Assembly: GCA_963737905.1 (NCBI GenBank)
Contig: CAVTUQ010000026.1
Coordinates: forward strand, 224,001-288,000
Reading direction: 5' to 3'
From: an uncultured delta proteobacterium
GTDB taxonomy: Bacteria > Desulfobacterota > Binatia > UBA9968
DNA: 64,000 bases
Shown: piece after piece, positions 49,549-58,522 of the stretch
Layout: every line of letters starts with the position of its first letter
How positions within the stretch are numbered: position 1 is the first letter of the stretch
The notes under the pieces: generated by a model
Database searches by the model: none
Told to the model about the DNA's origin: nothing
The model's input: only the letters and a program-made list of their open reading frames with translations
Program-made: the position numbers and the translations under genes

Positions 49549-50843
49549 ATGACTACGGATCATCAGCTAGCAGATCACCAACCCAGTCCACGAGACAGAT
49601 TGCCTTTGCGGCGTTGCACCATCGCGACTACCGGCGATATTTTTTCGTGATCATGCTGACGCAAATGGGAGACAACATCGAACATGTGATCAGTTACTGG
49701 TTACTGTTCCAAAAGTTTCACTCGCCGGTCCTGGGGGGCTTTGCGGTCATCAGCCATTGGACGCCCTTTTTATTCTTTGCGGTTTACTTTGGGGCGCTCG
49801 CCGACCGTAACGACTGCCGTCGGGTGCTTCAAGCCGCCCAACTGATGTACGCCGGGGTCTCGCTAACATGGGGAATTCTTTTTCTTACCGATACCATTCA
49901 AGTGTGGCACGCCTGCGTTCTATTGGTGATACATGGCATGGCCGGAGTCGTGGGAGGACCTGGGAGCCAACTCATTATTCACGACATCGTTGGGCGTGAG
50001 CACCTGCAAAGTGCGGTGAGGCTCAATTCCACCGGACGTAACATTGCGGTGCTTTTCGGACCGGCGGTGGGCGGAGCAACGATGCTGCTTTTCGGGCCGC
50101 CGGTCGGACTTTTCATTAATGCTCTGATGTTCCTGCCAATGTTCATCTTTATGTTCATCTTGCCCTACACCGGCCACGGCCGGGATGACGCCGGGAGTAG
50201 TAGAGCGCCGCGGTTTAGTTTAAGGAGTGCGATTCAGTTGATGCGAGAAACCGCGGCGAATCCGACGATTCTTTCCATGATTCTCCTAGGTGGGGCGACA
50301 TCGTTACTCGTCGGCAACGCTTTCCAGGCTCAAATGCCGGAATTTGCCCACGACTTCGGTCACGAAAAACAAAATTTGGCTTACAGCGTGTTGCTGGGTG
50401 CCAATGCCGCAGGCGCCGTGATCGGTGGCCTTCTGTTGGAAGGTACCGGGCTCCTGAGGCCCAATGCACGCAATGCGGCGATCTGCTCGATCCTTTGGTG
50501 CATGGCCATCGGCGGGTTCGCCGTTGCCACGAGTTATCCGCTGGCGGTAGCGTTGCTTTTTTGCGCGGGTTTTCTCAATTTGACCTTTCTCTCCATGGCG
50601 CAAACTCTCGTGCAGCTCGGGGCGCCAGCTCAACTCCGTGGACGATTGATCGGTCTATTCAATACGTCGAACAACGGTCTTAGAGCTTTTAGTGGAGTAA
50701 CGGTCGGTGTGATCGGAGGACTGATCGGAATTCACTCGTCGCTTGCCATCAGCGCCATGATATTGTTGGCCGTAACCCTCGTGTTGTTTGCGTTGGTTAT
50801 TCCCGGACGAGGAAGCGAGGAATATAGCCACCCACTCGGATAG
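49549..50843 (+). CDS. MFS transporter (paralog 3; start ATG 49549 appears out of frame by one base)
   Basis: 'IAFAALHHRD' homology begins at 49599 with no in-frame ATG; the rest is a clear paralog. Confidence 0.82.
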
Positions 50844-50846
50844 CTT

Positions 50847-51827
50847 TTAGCGAGCCGTCCCACTTCTCCTGGGCTCGGAGAAATCGCCTGACGATGGGTG
50901 GTCTTTTTCCTTGAGAGCGCGATAGCTATCGAGCAGCCGTTTTTTCTCTGATTCACTTATACCGATTTGCGGGCGGCGGACGGTGGCAGTATCGATCAAG
51001 CCTTCGTGCTCTAGAATGATTTTGATCCGTGCCACGGCTTCGACGATGGGTTCGCTGAAAATCAGCTCTTTTAAGGATTCTAGCTCTTTTTGAATAGCCG
51101 CCGCGTTTTCAAAATCGCCGGCGCGCCCGGCGCTATCCATCGCTGCCCACTTCTCCGTCGCTACATTCGACACACCGATCAGCGCGCCCGAAGCGCCGAG
51201 CCGATAACTCTCGGCGACGAAGCGATCGTTGCCGGTGAGGACTTCCATGCTCGCGTTTTGGCGCTCCAATTGCTGCATGGTGTCTTCGAACAGTTTTATG
51301 TCGAAGGAGGCTTCTTTGAAGGCGACGACTTTTTCCAACTTGGCGATGCGGCAGATGGTTTCGACGTCATACCAGTAGCTCTTGACTGGGATCTGAAAGA
51401 GCACCAGCGGCAAATTTGTGTCGCGCGTAAGATCTTCGAAAAAACGGAATTTGAGCTCTCCTTCCACTTTACCCCAGGCAAAAAGCAAGGGCGGGAAAAT
51501 CATGACCGCATCCACCGGCAGTGTTTCCAGGTCGCGCACCAGATCGATGGCCTCGTCGGTGGATTGCGGCGTCATGGTTGCGATGTGAACCCGGCCGGCT
51601 TTGTGCGCTATTTTGCCGACGCTCTCATAGACGCGGCGTTTCTCCTGCACGGTGAGGACCGGCCCCTCGCCGATCCGCGCGCAGGATACCAGCCCGGCAA
51701 CGCCATTCAGGGACGCGAAGTGGGTGGTCAAGCGATCGAGGCTTTCCATATCCAAAGCACCTGACTCGTCGAACGGGGTTACGTAAGGGATGAATAAACC
51801 GCGAAAGCGTTCTTGAAGGTTTTGCAT
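50847..51827 (-). CDS. Dihydrodipicolinate synthase (DapA-like class I aldolase) family protein
   Basis: 'VTPFD', 'ARIGEG', Schiff-base Lys in 'AFKEASFD', 'LTGND'. Confidence 0.88.
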   Translation of the reverse strand: MQNLQERFRGLFIPYVTPFDESGALDMESLDRLTTHFASLNGVAGLVSCARIGEGPVLTVQEKRRVYESVGKIAHKAGRVHIATMTPQSTDEAIDLVRDLETLPVDAVMIFPPLLFAWGKVEGELKFRFFEDLTRDTNLPLVLFQIPVKSYWYDVETICRIAKLEKVVAFKEASFDIKLFEDTMQQLERQNASMEVLTGNDRFVAESYRLGASGALIGVSNVATEKWAAMDSAGRAGDFENAAAIQKELESLKELIFSEPIVEAVARIKIILEHEGLIDTATVRRPQIGISESEKKRLLDSYRALKEKDHPSSGDFSEPRRSGTAR

Positions 51828-51946
51828 TGACTTCTCCGTTAGGCGAACATTCAGCCTGGGAAAATCACTTGAATTTTCTGGCTACATTAGTAGAACAGAA
51901 GGACGGTTGGGTCAAGCTGAGATCAGGATAAAGGGGAACCTTCGTC

Positions 51947-53509
51947 ATGCCTGAAAAGATTTCGTGTCGCGATCTGGCAGATTTGATGGCTTCAGAAACT
52001 TTGTACGCCGTATTCGATGTCCGCGAGCGGGGCGAGTTTAATGTGGGTCAGATTGCCAACGCGATCTCTTTGCCGCGGAGCCAGATCGAATTTCGCATAG
52101 CCGAACTGGTGCCTAACCGGCGGATTCCCATTGTCGTTTACGATGAAGGCGAAGGGCGGGCAACCCTAGGCGCGCAGAGTCTCGCTGAATTCGGTTATGA
52201 GAATGTCTCGATCCTGGAGGGCGGACTGCCGGGATGGCGAAAGGAGTTGCTCCTAACAGTCACCGGCGTCAATGTTCCCAGCAAAGCCTTTGGCGAAAAG
52301 GTTCATCATGAAAGAACCATTCCCGAAATCTCCCCTGAAGAACTTGGAAACCTGAAGGACCGGGGCGCCGATCTGATGATCTTTGACGTAAGAACCCCCG
52401 AGGAATACGGCCGTTTCTGTATCCCCGGGGGTCTCAATGTTCCCGGCGGAGATTTGATCTTGTGGGCGGAGGCTTTGAGGCAAAAGCCCGAGACGACTGT
52501 CGTGGTTAACTGCGCCGGGAGGACCCGCAGTATTATCGGCACGGCAGGGTTACTGCGGTTGGGCTTAAATAACGTCCGCGCGCTAAGAAACGGCACCATG
52601 GGTTGGCTATTGGCAGGATTGGAACTGGAGACACCGCCGAGCAGGATAACGCCTCCGCCGCCTGACGAAAGCCGCACGCAAGGCCGAGAGATCGCGCTGC
52701 GGATTGCCGAGGAGGAGAGGATTTCCTGGATTTCAGCCCGCGCCCTAGTCGACTCATTGGCGAAAAATGAGATTACCTATCTTATCGATGTGCGATCCGA
52801 AAGTGAATATGAGGACGGCCACATGCCAGGTTCGCTTAATGTCCCTGGCGGGCAGGCCGTGCAACGCACGGACGACTTCGTGGCTGTGAAAAATGGACGG
52901 ATCGTCTTTGTCAGCAATCAGTCGGCGCGGGCGGTCATGGCCGCTTATTGGTACGGCCAAATGGGCTTTCGGGATGTGAAAGTTTTACAAGGCGGTCTTG
53001 AAGCTTGGCGCAAGAACGGTGGCGGAGTGGAATCTGGCGTATCGCAAAAGGAACCTCTTGGATTTGAGGCGGCGAAGAAACTTGCGCGCGCGCTCGGACC
53101 TGGCGAGGCGAACTCGTTGTTGCAAAGTTCATCGGTCAGCGTTCTGCACGTCGGCAGCAGCGCCGATTTTGCAGCGGCCCATCTGACCGGCAGCAAGTGG
53201 ATTTCTCGCGGTTGGTTGGAGCTCAAACTCCCAGCCTTGTTAACCGATAAAGCCCAGTCCATTGTGCTTTCGTGCCGTGATGGGCGAAGCTCAACGCTCG
53301 CGGCGCGAACGCTTGCAGAAATGGGTTACACGGAAGTTTTTGTTTTGGATGGTGGTGTTGAAAGGTGGGCACGCGCCGGCTATTCGACCGAGAGAGGCCT
53401 CGAATCCTGTCTGGTGGATCCTAACGATGTGGTATTATCCCCTTCGATCAAAGGAGACAAGGAAGCGATGCGGCGTTACCTGGAATGGGAAATCAAGCTC
53501 ACGCCATGA
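51947..53509 (+). CDS. Four-domain rhodanese-related sulfurtransferase
   Basis: Repeated DVR..GG...W units; 'VNVPSKAFGE'; catalytic 'NCAGRTRS'; 'AMRRYLEWE'. Confidence 0.9.
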   Translation: MPEKISCRDLADLMASETLYAVFDVRERGEFNVGQIANAISLPRSQIEFRIAELVPNRRIPIVVYDEGEGRATLGAQSLAEFGYENVSILEGGLPGWRKELLLTVTGVNVPSKAFGEKVHHERTIPEISPEELGNLKDRGADLMIFDVRTPEEYGRFCIPGGLNVPGGDLILWAEALRQKPETTVVVNCAGRTRSIIGTAGLLRLGLNNVRALRNGTMGWLLAGLELETPPSRITPPPPDESRTQGREIALRIAEEERISWISARALVDSLAKNEITYLIDVRSESEYEDGHMPGSLNVPGGQAVQRTDDFVAVKNGRIVFVSNQSARAVMAAYWYGQMGFRDVKVLQGGLEAWRKNGGGVESGVSQKEPLGFEAAKKLARALGPGEANSLLQSSSVSVLHVGSSADFAAAHLTGSKWISRGWLELKLPALLTDKAQSIVLSCRDGRSSTLAARTLAEMGYTEVFVLDGGVERWARAGYSTERGLESCLVDPNDVVLSPSIKGDKEAMRRYLEWEIKLTP

Positions 53510-53520
53510 GCAAGCGAGCT

Positions 53521-53611
53521 TGTTCAAGGTTCAAAGTTCAATGTCTTCTGATCGTTTTGGGAGGAGTAGGCTTTGCCCTAACTTTGAACTTTGAACGTTG
53601 AACTTTGAACC
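53521..53611. repeat. 7-bp GTTCAAA/TTTGAAC inverted tandem repeat
   Basis: GTTCAAGGTTCAAAGTTCAA ... ACTTTGAACTTTGAACGTTGAACTTTGAACC, between convergent genes. Confidence 0.75.
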
Positions 53612-53621
53612 CGTCGGCAGA

Positions 53622-54188
53622 CTAGCAATTCTGGTATTTCGGGCTTGCGAAAGTTTTCACACCATCGTTGGCGACATCGAAACGCTGCCGCGGCATCTCT
53701 GCCAGATCTTTACCGTAGACATGGATTTCCACGGTGTTCCGATCCGAGACATTGTTCATCTCATGAATGTCGTCGTCCGGCGGGACCAGACAGGAAACCA
53801 TCCCGGCGGTATTTCTCAGCACGTTTTTAACCTCCAGCTTAGCGTAGCCCGCCTTGGAGCCATCGTCCAAGCGGTGAAAGCGGGTCTCCTGAATTTCGTT
53901 CTCGACCACTCCGACCAAACCCCATGTCTCGTGATTGTGCGCCTTGGCGGCATCGCCGGGTCCCCAGACGACGGCCGTAACGTTGAATCGGGGCGAGCGG
54001 TGGAGCATGTAGCGCCCGTACTCCATGGCGGGCCGCTTCTTAAACTTCGACTCAATGCAGTCTGGACGCTCCACGAGCTTGGCCAGCAAAGGGCTCGCGG
54101 CGGCGACGATAGTTGCCGGCGAATTTTCTCCGCGGGTAATATCATCCATATCGTGGATGAAACTTTGTAACGAATATTCCTGCGCCAT
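53622..54188 (-). CDS. Cysteine/thiol dioxygenase family (cupin)
   Basis: 'VWGPG...HNH', 'DIHEM', 'IHVYG'. Confidence 0.85.
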   Translation of the reverse strand: MAQEYSLQSFIHDMDDITRGENSPATIVAAASPLLAKLVERPDCIESKFKKRPAMEYGRYMLHRSPRFNVTAVVWGPGDAAKAHNHETWGLVGVVENEIQETRFHRLDDGSKAGYAKLEVKNVLRNTAGMVSCLVPPDDDIHEMNNVSDRNTVEIHVYGKDLAEMPRQRFDVANDGVKTFASPKYQNC

Positions 54189-54191
54189 AGA

Positions 54192-54644
54192 CTATTTTCC
54201 GTGGACACTGAGAACCGGACAGTGAGCCGTTGAAACGACTTTGTTGGCAACGCTTCCCATGAGAAGCTTGGAAAGGCCGGTCCGTCCGTGGGTTCCGATA
54301 ACTATCAGGTTCGCTCTTCGGCCCTTGGCAGCTTTGACGATCTGCTCGTGAGCGGTACCACGGAGCAAAAGACTTTTGGCGTTGACCTTCAATTGTCGTA
54401 GTTTTTCCATGAGCTTTTTCATGGAGGTTTCAGCCTCTTGCTTGGTCGTCTCTTCCAACTTCATGTAGAGCTCAGCGCCGCCAATCTCCTCCCCCGCAAC
54501 GTACGATGGCACGACATCGATGACGTGCAAGACCAACAGTTCCGCATGATTCTGCTTAGCCAAAGCGACGGCTTCGTCGAGGGCACGAGCCGACGCTTTG
54601 GAGTAATCCGTAGCGTAGAGAATCTTGCTAAAATGTTGCGCCAT
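54192..54644 (-). CDS. Universal stress protein
   Basis: 'ILYATDYS', 'LIVIGTHGRTG...LMGSVA..VV..AHCPVL'. Confidence 0.93.
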   Translation of the reverse strand: MAQHFSKILYATDYSKASARALDEAVALAKQNHAELLVLHVIDVVPSYVAGEEIGGAELYMKLEETTKQEAETSMKKLMEKLRQLKVNAKSLLLRGTAHEQIVKAAKGRRANLIVIGTHGRTGLSKLLMGSVANKVVSTAHCPVLSVHGK

Positions 54645-54667
54645 TGGTTTCCTCTAGCAGGACGCGA

Positions 54668-55762
54668 TTACGCCGAGGCTTGAGCAGCCGCGGCGGCCGT
54701 AGCAATGCCCTCCGGGATCCTAGCCAAATCGAGATTGTAGAGTCTACAGACGTTTGTCGCCAAAACCTTGGTCTGGGTTTCCAGCGGCAGGTGCCCGATA
54801 TCTCGCTGGATGATCTTGAGGGAGTTCGGCCAGGTGGAGTTCGGATGCGGGAAATCGTTGGACCACATGATGTTGTCCTGGCCCCACCATTCTAGATTAT
54901 GACCGCAAACCGAATCGTTGAAGAAGCAGGAGTAGACTTGGTTATGGACAAACTCGCTTGGGTTCTTGGTGATCGGTGGCGGATTCTGTTTGCGGAAGCG
55001 ATTGTAGTAGTAGTCCCACTGTTGAACGATCCAGGGCAGCCAGCCGCATTCGTTCTCGACCGTCACGATCTTGAGCTTCGGATATCTCTCCAGGACGCCA
55101 TAAAAAACCAGCTCGAAGAGGCCATTGGCGATGTCCATGAGCTTAAGGTTGACGCTACCGCGGTAACGCTCAACGCCCTTTCTCTCCTTATCCTTGTTGT
55201 AGCTGTGGCCGGTCAAAATGTGCAAGCTCACAGGGGTATCCAGGTCCTGCGCCGCCGACCAGAATTTATCATAGTGGCTGGAATGAAACGGAAGATCCGG
55301 ATGAGGCGCCTGCCAGATAATGGCGCCTTTGAGGCCGGCTTTGTGGCAACGTTCCAGCTCTTTGATGCCAACATCGATATTATAGACGGGAATCGCCGGA
55401 ATACCGATCAACCGGTTGGTATCGACGCTGCAGTAATCGATTAGCCAATCGTTATAGACCCGGAAACACGCCTCCTGCATGCCGGCATCGTCGAGAGCAA
55501 ACAGATCCAGCATCAGAGTCGGATACAATACCTCGGCGCTGAGACCATCTTTTTCCATTTCCTTGATTCGCGCGTGGGGATCCCACCCGCCGGCGTGATG
55601 TTGGAATCCTTCGCCCACTTTGTGGGGTGGAAAGAGCGGAGCGTCGGCGCGGTATTTTTCCGGAACGCCTTTCTTCCAAAGATCCACGGGTTCCATTACG
55701 TGGGAATCCGATGAAATGATGACACCTTCGATCCCTTGAGCATGACCATTACCTGCCGCCAT
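54668..55762 (-). CDS. Amidohydrolase-2 family protein (metal-dependent hydrolase/decarboxylase)
   Basis: AAGGAGG RBS before ATG 55762; 'SSDSHV', 'SLHIL', 'VENECGW', 'WSNDFPH'. Confidence 0.9.
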   Translation of the reverse strand: MAAGNGHAQGIEGVIISSDSHVMEPVDLWKKGVPEKYRADAPLFPPHKVGEGFQHHAGGWDPHARIKEMEKDGLSAEVLYPTLMLDLFALDDAGMQEACFRVYNDWLIDYCSVDTNRLIGIPAIPVYNIDVGIKELERCHKAGLKGAIIWQAPHPDLPFHSSHYDKFWSAAQDLDTPVSLHILTGHSYNKDKERKGVERYRGSVNLKLMDIANGLFELVFYGVLERYPKLKIVTVENECGWLPWIVQQWDYYYNRFRKQNPPPITKNPSEFVHNQVYSCFFNDSVCGHNLEWWGQDNIMWSNDFPHPNSTWPNSLKIIQRDIGHLPLETQTKVLATNVCRLYNLDLARIPEGIATAAAAAQASA

Positions 55763-55895
55763 TTTTTTCCCCTCCTTGTGTATGATCGTTTTTGTTTCGT
55801 TGACCTCTTGACCGCAGCTTATGCGATAGAAGGGTGACCTGTCAATTACGCGATGTCTGTACGTCATTCGGTTCGTTTCGCTCCCCGCATTAACG

Positions 55896-55932
55896 GCTTG
55901 AACGACTAGAACGGTTTGAACGGCTGGAACCG
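55896..55932. repeat. TTGAAC 9-bp tandem repeat
   Basis: GCTTGAACG ACTAGAACG GTTTGAACG GCTGGAACC. Confidence 0.7.
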
Positions 55933-56573
55933 TTATTTCCTCCAGAGCGATGCCAACCACGGTTGCTGCGCGCGGGGAACACCTGGCGGCCGGTAGTAGT
56001 GAGTGATTTCGGTAAAGCCTGCTTCAGTCACCAACTCGCGCCATCGTTCTAAATTGTAATAGACACCATAGCGCTCGCCATTCCAGCCTTCCTCGTTATC
56101 GCCCCGGGGATTTGAGCTGAAGAGCACACCGTTTGTTTTTAATGTAATCCAAAGGTGTTTTAGAACTCGCGGCAACTCCTGGCTCGGGACGTGAAAGAGG
56201 GCTGCGTTGGCGAAGATGCCGTCGAAGTATTCTGACGGAAGCTCAAGGCTGAGAAAGTCCTGATGCCACACCTCGCAACCGCTGTATTGGCGCGCAAATT
56301 CTACGAAGCGCTCTGCTCCTTCGAGGCCGATTGCCTTGTGGCCGAGGTCGCTAAAAACTTTCAGATCGCGCCCGGGCCCGCACCCAAAATCGAGGACTCA
56401 CAATGGCCCTTCACCTGAAGATGCTCCAGAAGAGCGTCACGATTCTGGGTCACATCATGATCGCGCGTGCCTTTCCAGAAACTATCCGCATGCTGATTGT
56501 AGTGGCCGAGAGTGATCGATGAAGTCTGCGCGAGTTGTTCCGCGCTGAGGATGGGTGCCTGACGTATTCGCAT
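55933..56573 (-). pseudogene. Class I SAM-dependent methyltransferase, disrupted near 56400
   Basis: 'FWKGTRDHDVTQN' in one frame; 'VLDFGCGPGRDL...FDGIFANAALFHVP' in another, preceded by an in-frame TGA. Confidence 0.75.
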
Positions 56574-56730
56574 ACCGTGGAAGCAGACGGTTGTAAAGTG
56601 CCTTGTACCTGTCGAATAATGGCAAGCCATCGTCTCGGATTCAATACAACGACTGTGGATTGGGTTAAGTTAGACGCCGCTGTACCGCCAATGATAGTAT
56701 GTCGAACAACTCACTTTTGGAGGTTAAGTC

Positions 56731-57117
56731 ATGAAGATCGACAGCATCGACCACGTAGTTTTCACGGTCAAAGACATTAACGCAACCTGTGAGTTCTATT
56801 CGAAGGTGCTTGGAATGGAAATCGTTACCTTTGGGCAGGGCAGGAAAGCTCTGGCCTTCGGCTCACAGAAGATCAATCTGCAACAATTTGGGCGCGAGAG
56901 CACTCTGATAGCGGAAAAGCCTACACCCGGTTCGGCCGACGTTTGCTTTGTTACTTCCGTTCCCATCTCCGATGTGATCGCGCAGCTGAATTCATGCGGC
57001 GTGCGCCTTATCGGGGGCCCGGTGAAAAGAGACGGGGCAAGGGGATCGATGATGTCGGTGTATTTCCGTGACCCCGACCTGAATCTGGTCGAAGTCTCCA
57101 ACTACGAGAGCTCTTAG
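56731..57117 (+). CDS. VOC family protein
   Basis: 'IDHVVFTV', 'FGSQKINL', 'PTPGSADVCF', 'YFRDPDLNLVEVSNY'. Confidence 0.9.
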   Translation: MKIDSIDHVVFTVKDINATCEFYSKVLGMEIVTFGQGRKALAFGSQKINLQQFGRESTLIAEKPTPGSADVCFVTSVPISDVIAQLNSCGVRLIGGPVKRDGARGSMMSVYFRDPDLNLVEVSNYESS

Positions 57118-57130
57118 GAATCGATGTGAG

Positions 57131-57174
57131 GGTGTAGCAAATTTGATTCAGGGATGAATCAAATTTGCTACACC
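57131..57174. repeat. Perfect 20-bp inverted repeat (4-nt spacer)
   Basis: GGTGTAGCAAATTTGATTCA-GGGA-TGAATCAAATTTGCTACACC. Confidence 0.9.
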
Positions 57175-57266
57175 TCTGCTTTCATCGGCCTGCGCGGCTC
57201 GATTCCCATCGTAAAAATCTTCCATAATTACAATATTTTTTCTTATTCATGCTGCTCCAGCAAAAG

Positions 57267-57282
57267 TGGTATATCGCTTGCT
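57267..57282 (+). promoter_or_regulatory. Sigma-54 (-24/-12) promoter
   Basis: TGGTATATCGCTTGCT (GG-N10-GC, TTGCT -12 box), with an AT-rich tract upstream. Confidence 0.55.
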
Positions 57283-57379
57283 GAGGAGTTGTTGCGAGTT
57301 CTTACTAAGCCCTAAACCGGTCGTAACACGTAACCACTCAAAACTCCTGCTCGAATAGTGGGAACGGGTGGGGCTAGGA

Positions 57380-57414
57380 TTTGAACTTCTTGAACGGTTT
57401 GAACTACCTGAACT
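57380..57414. repeat. TTGAAC 9-bp tandem repeat
   Basis: TTTGAACTT CTTGAACGG TTTGAACTA CCTGAACT. Confidence 0.7.
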
Positions 57415-57485
57415 ATAGGGTCTGGAGTCGAGTTGCTTGACTCAGGTTTAGATCGGCGATCTCAGATTTGCGAAGGGAGAGCCTG

Positions 57486-58481
57486 ATGCAAACTCAAAAA
57501 TCGAAAATAGTTAATCTCGCCATCGCACTATTCGCGATGGTTCGACCTTGGCCCCATCTCGCCGAGGCGCAGCAACAGAAAAAGATTCCGCGGGTTGGGT
57601 TCTTGATCGCGAGCACTGCTTCTGCTCAAGAGCCTCGACTTGAAGCATTCAAGAGTGGGTTACGCGATCTCGGCTATGTTGAGGGACGGAACATCGCTAT
57701 TGACGTCCGATCTGGCGATGGCAAACCTGAGCGACTCCCTATCGCCGCGGCTGAGCTCGTTAGCCTGCAGGTCGAAGTCATCGTCTCGGGAGGACCGACA
57801 TCTACTCGCGCAGCGAAACAAGCGACGAACAAGATACCTATTGTCATGACACTGGAGGGGGATCCAGTCGGCGATGGCCTCGTGGCCAGCCTAGCGCGAC
57901 CGGGAGGAAACATTACCGGGTTATCCACCCTAGGCCCGGAATTGAGCGGAAAACGACTGGAGCTTCTCAAGGAAATTATTCCGAAGGTCTCCCGCGTGGC
58001 TGTGTTCCATTCGGCTGACACGCGCAATGTTCCCCAGTCGAACGAAATCGACGTCGCGGCGGTTGCGTTAGGTATACAGCTACAGAAACTGGAACTGCGA
58101 AGTCCCAAAGATATTGAGACCGCGTTCCAGGCGATGACGAAGGGACGTGCCGGCGCGGCTCTCGCGCAGTCGGCCGCCGTACTCCTCTCTCAGCGGACCC
58201 GAGTGGCAGAGCTCGCGATTCAAAACCGGCTTGCGGTGATGTTTCCCAGAAAAGAATTCGTAGAAGCGGGTGGCCTTGTCGTCTACGCGGCGAGTACCGC
58301 CGATCTGTCCCGCCGCGCAGCAACCTTCGTCGATAAAATCCTTAAAGGTGCCAAACCCGCAGACCTTCCAGTGGAACAGCCGACGAAGTTCGAGTTCGTG
58401 ATCAATCTCAAAACGGCGAAGCAGATCGGATTAACAATTCCGCCCAACGTCTTGGCGAGAGCGGACAAAGTCATTCGATGA
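57486..58481 (+). CDS. ABC substrate-binding protein, COG2984 type
   Basis: 'LRDLGYVEGRNI', 'SLARPGGNITG', 'LPVEQPTKFEFVINLKTA'. Confidence 0.92.
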   Translation: MQTQKSKIVNLAIALFAMVRPWPHLAEAQQQKKIPRVGFLIASTASAQEPRLEAFKSGLRDLGYVEGRNIAIDVRSGDGKPERLPIAAAELVSLQVEVIVSGGPTSTRAAKQATNKIPIVMTLEGDPVGDGLVASLARPGGNITGLSTLGPELSGKRLELLKEIIPKVSRVAVFHSADTRNVPQSNEIDVAAVALGIQLQKLELRSPKDIETAFQAMTKGRAGAALAQSAAVLLSQRTRVAELAIQNRLAVMFPRKEFVEAGGLVVYAASTADLSRRAATFVDKILKGAKPADLPVEQPTKFEFVINLKTAKQIGLTIPPNVLARADKVIR

Positions 58482-58522
58482 GACAAAACAAAGGCAAAAA
58501 TATAGTGGAGGAGGGGAAAGGC

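Noticed and set aside
56395-56402. In-frame TGA just before the methyltransferase motif I (VLDFGCGPG)
   Set aside because: This position is not a catalytic Cys (CGA->TGA is plausible) and a frameshift is also needed; treated as disruption, not Sec.
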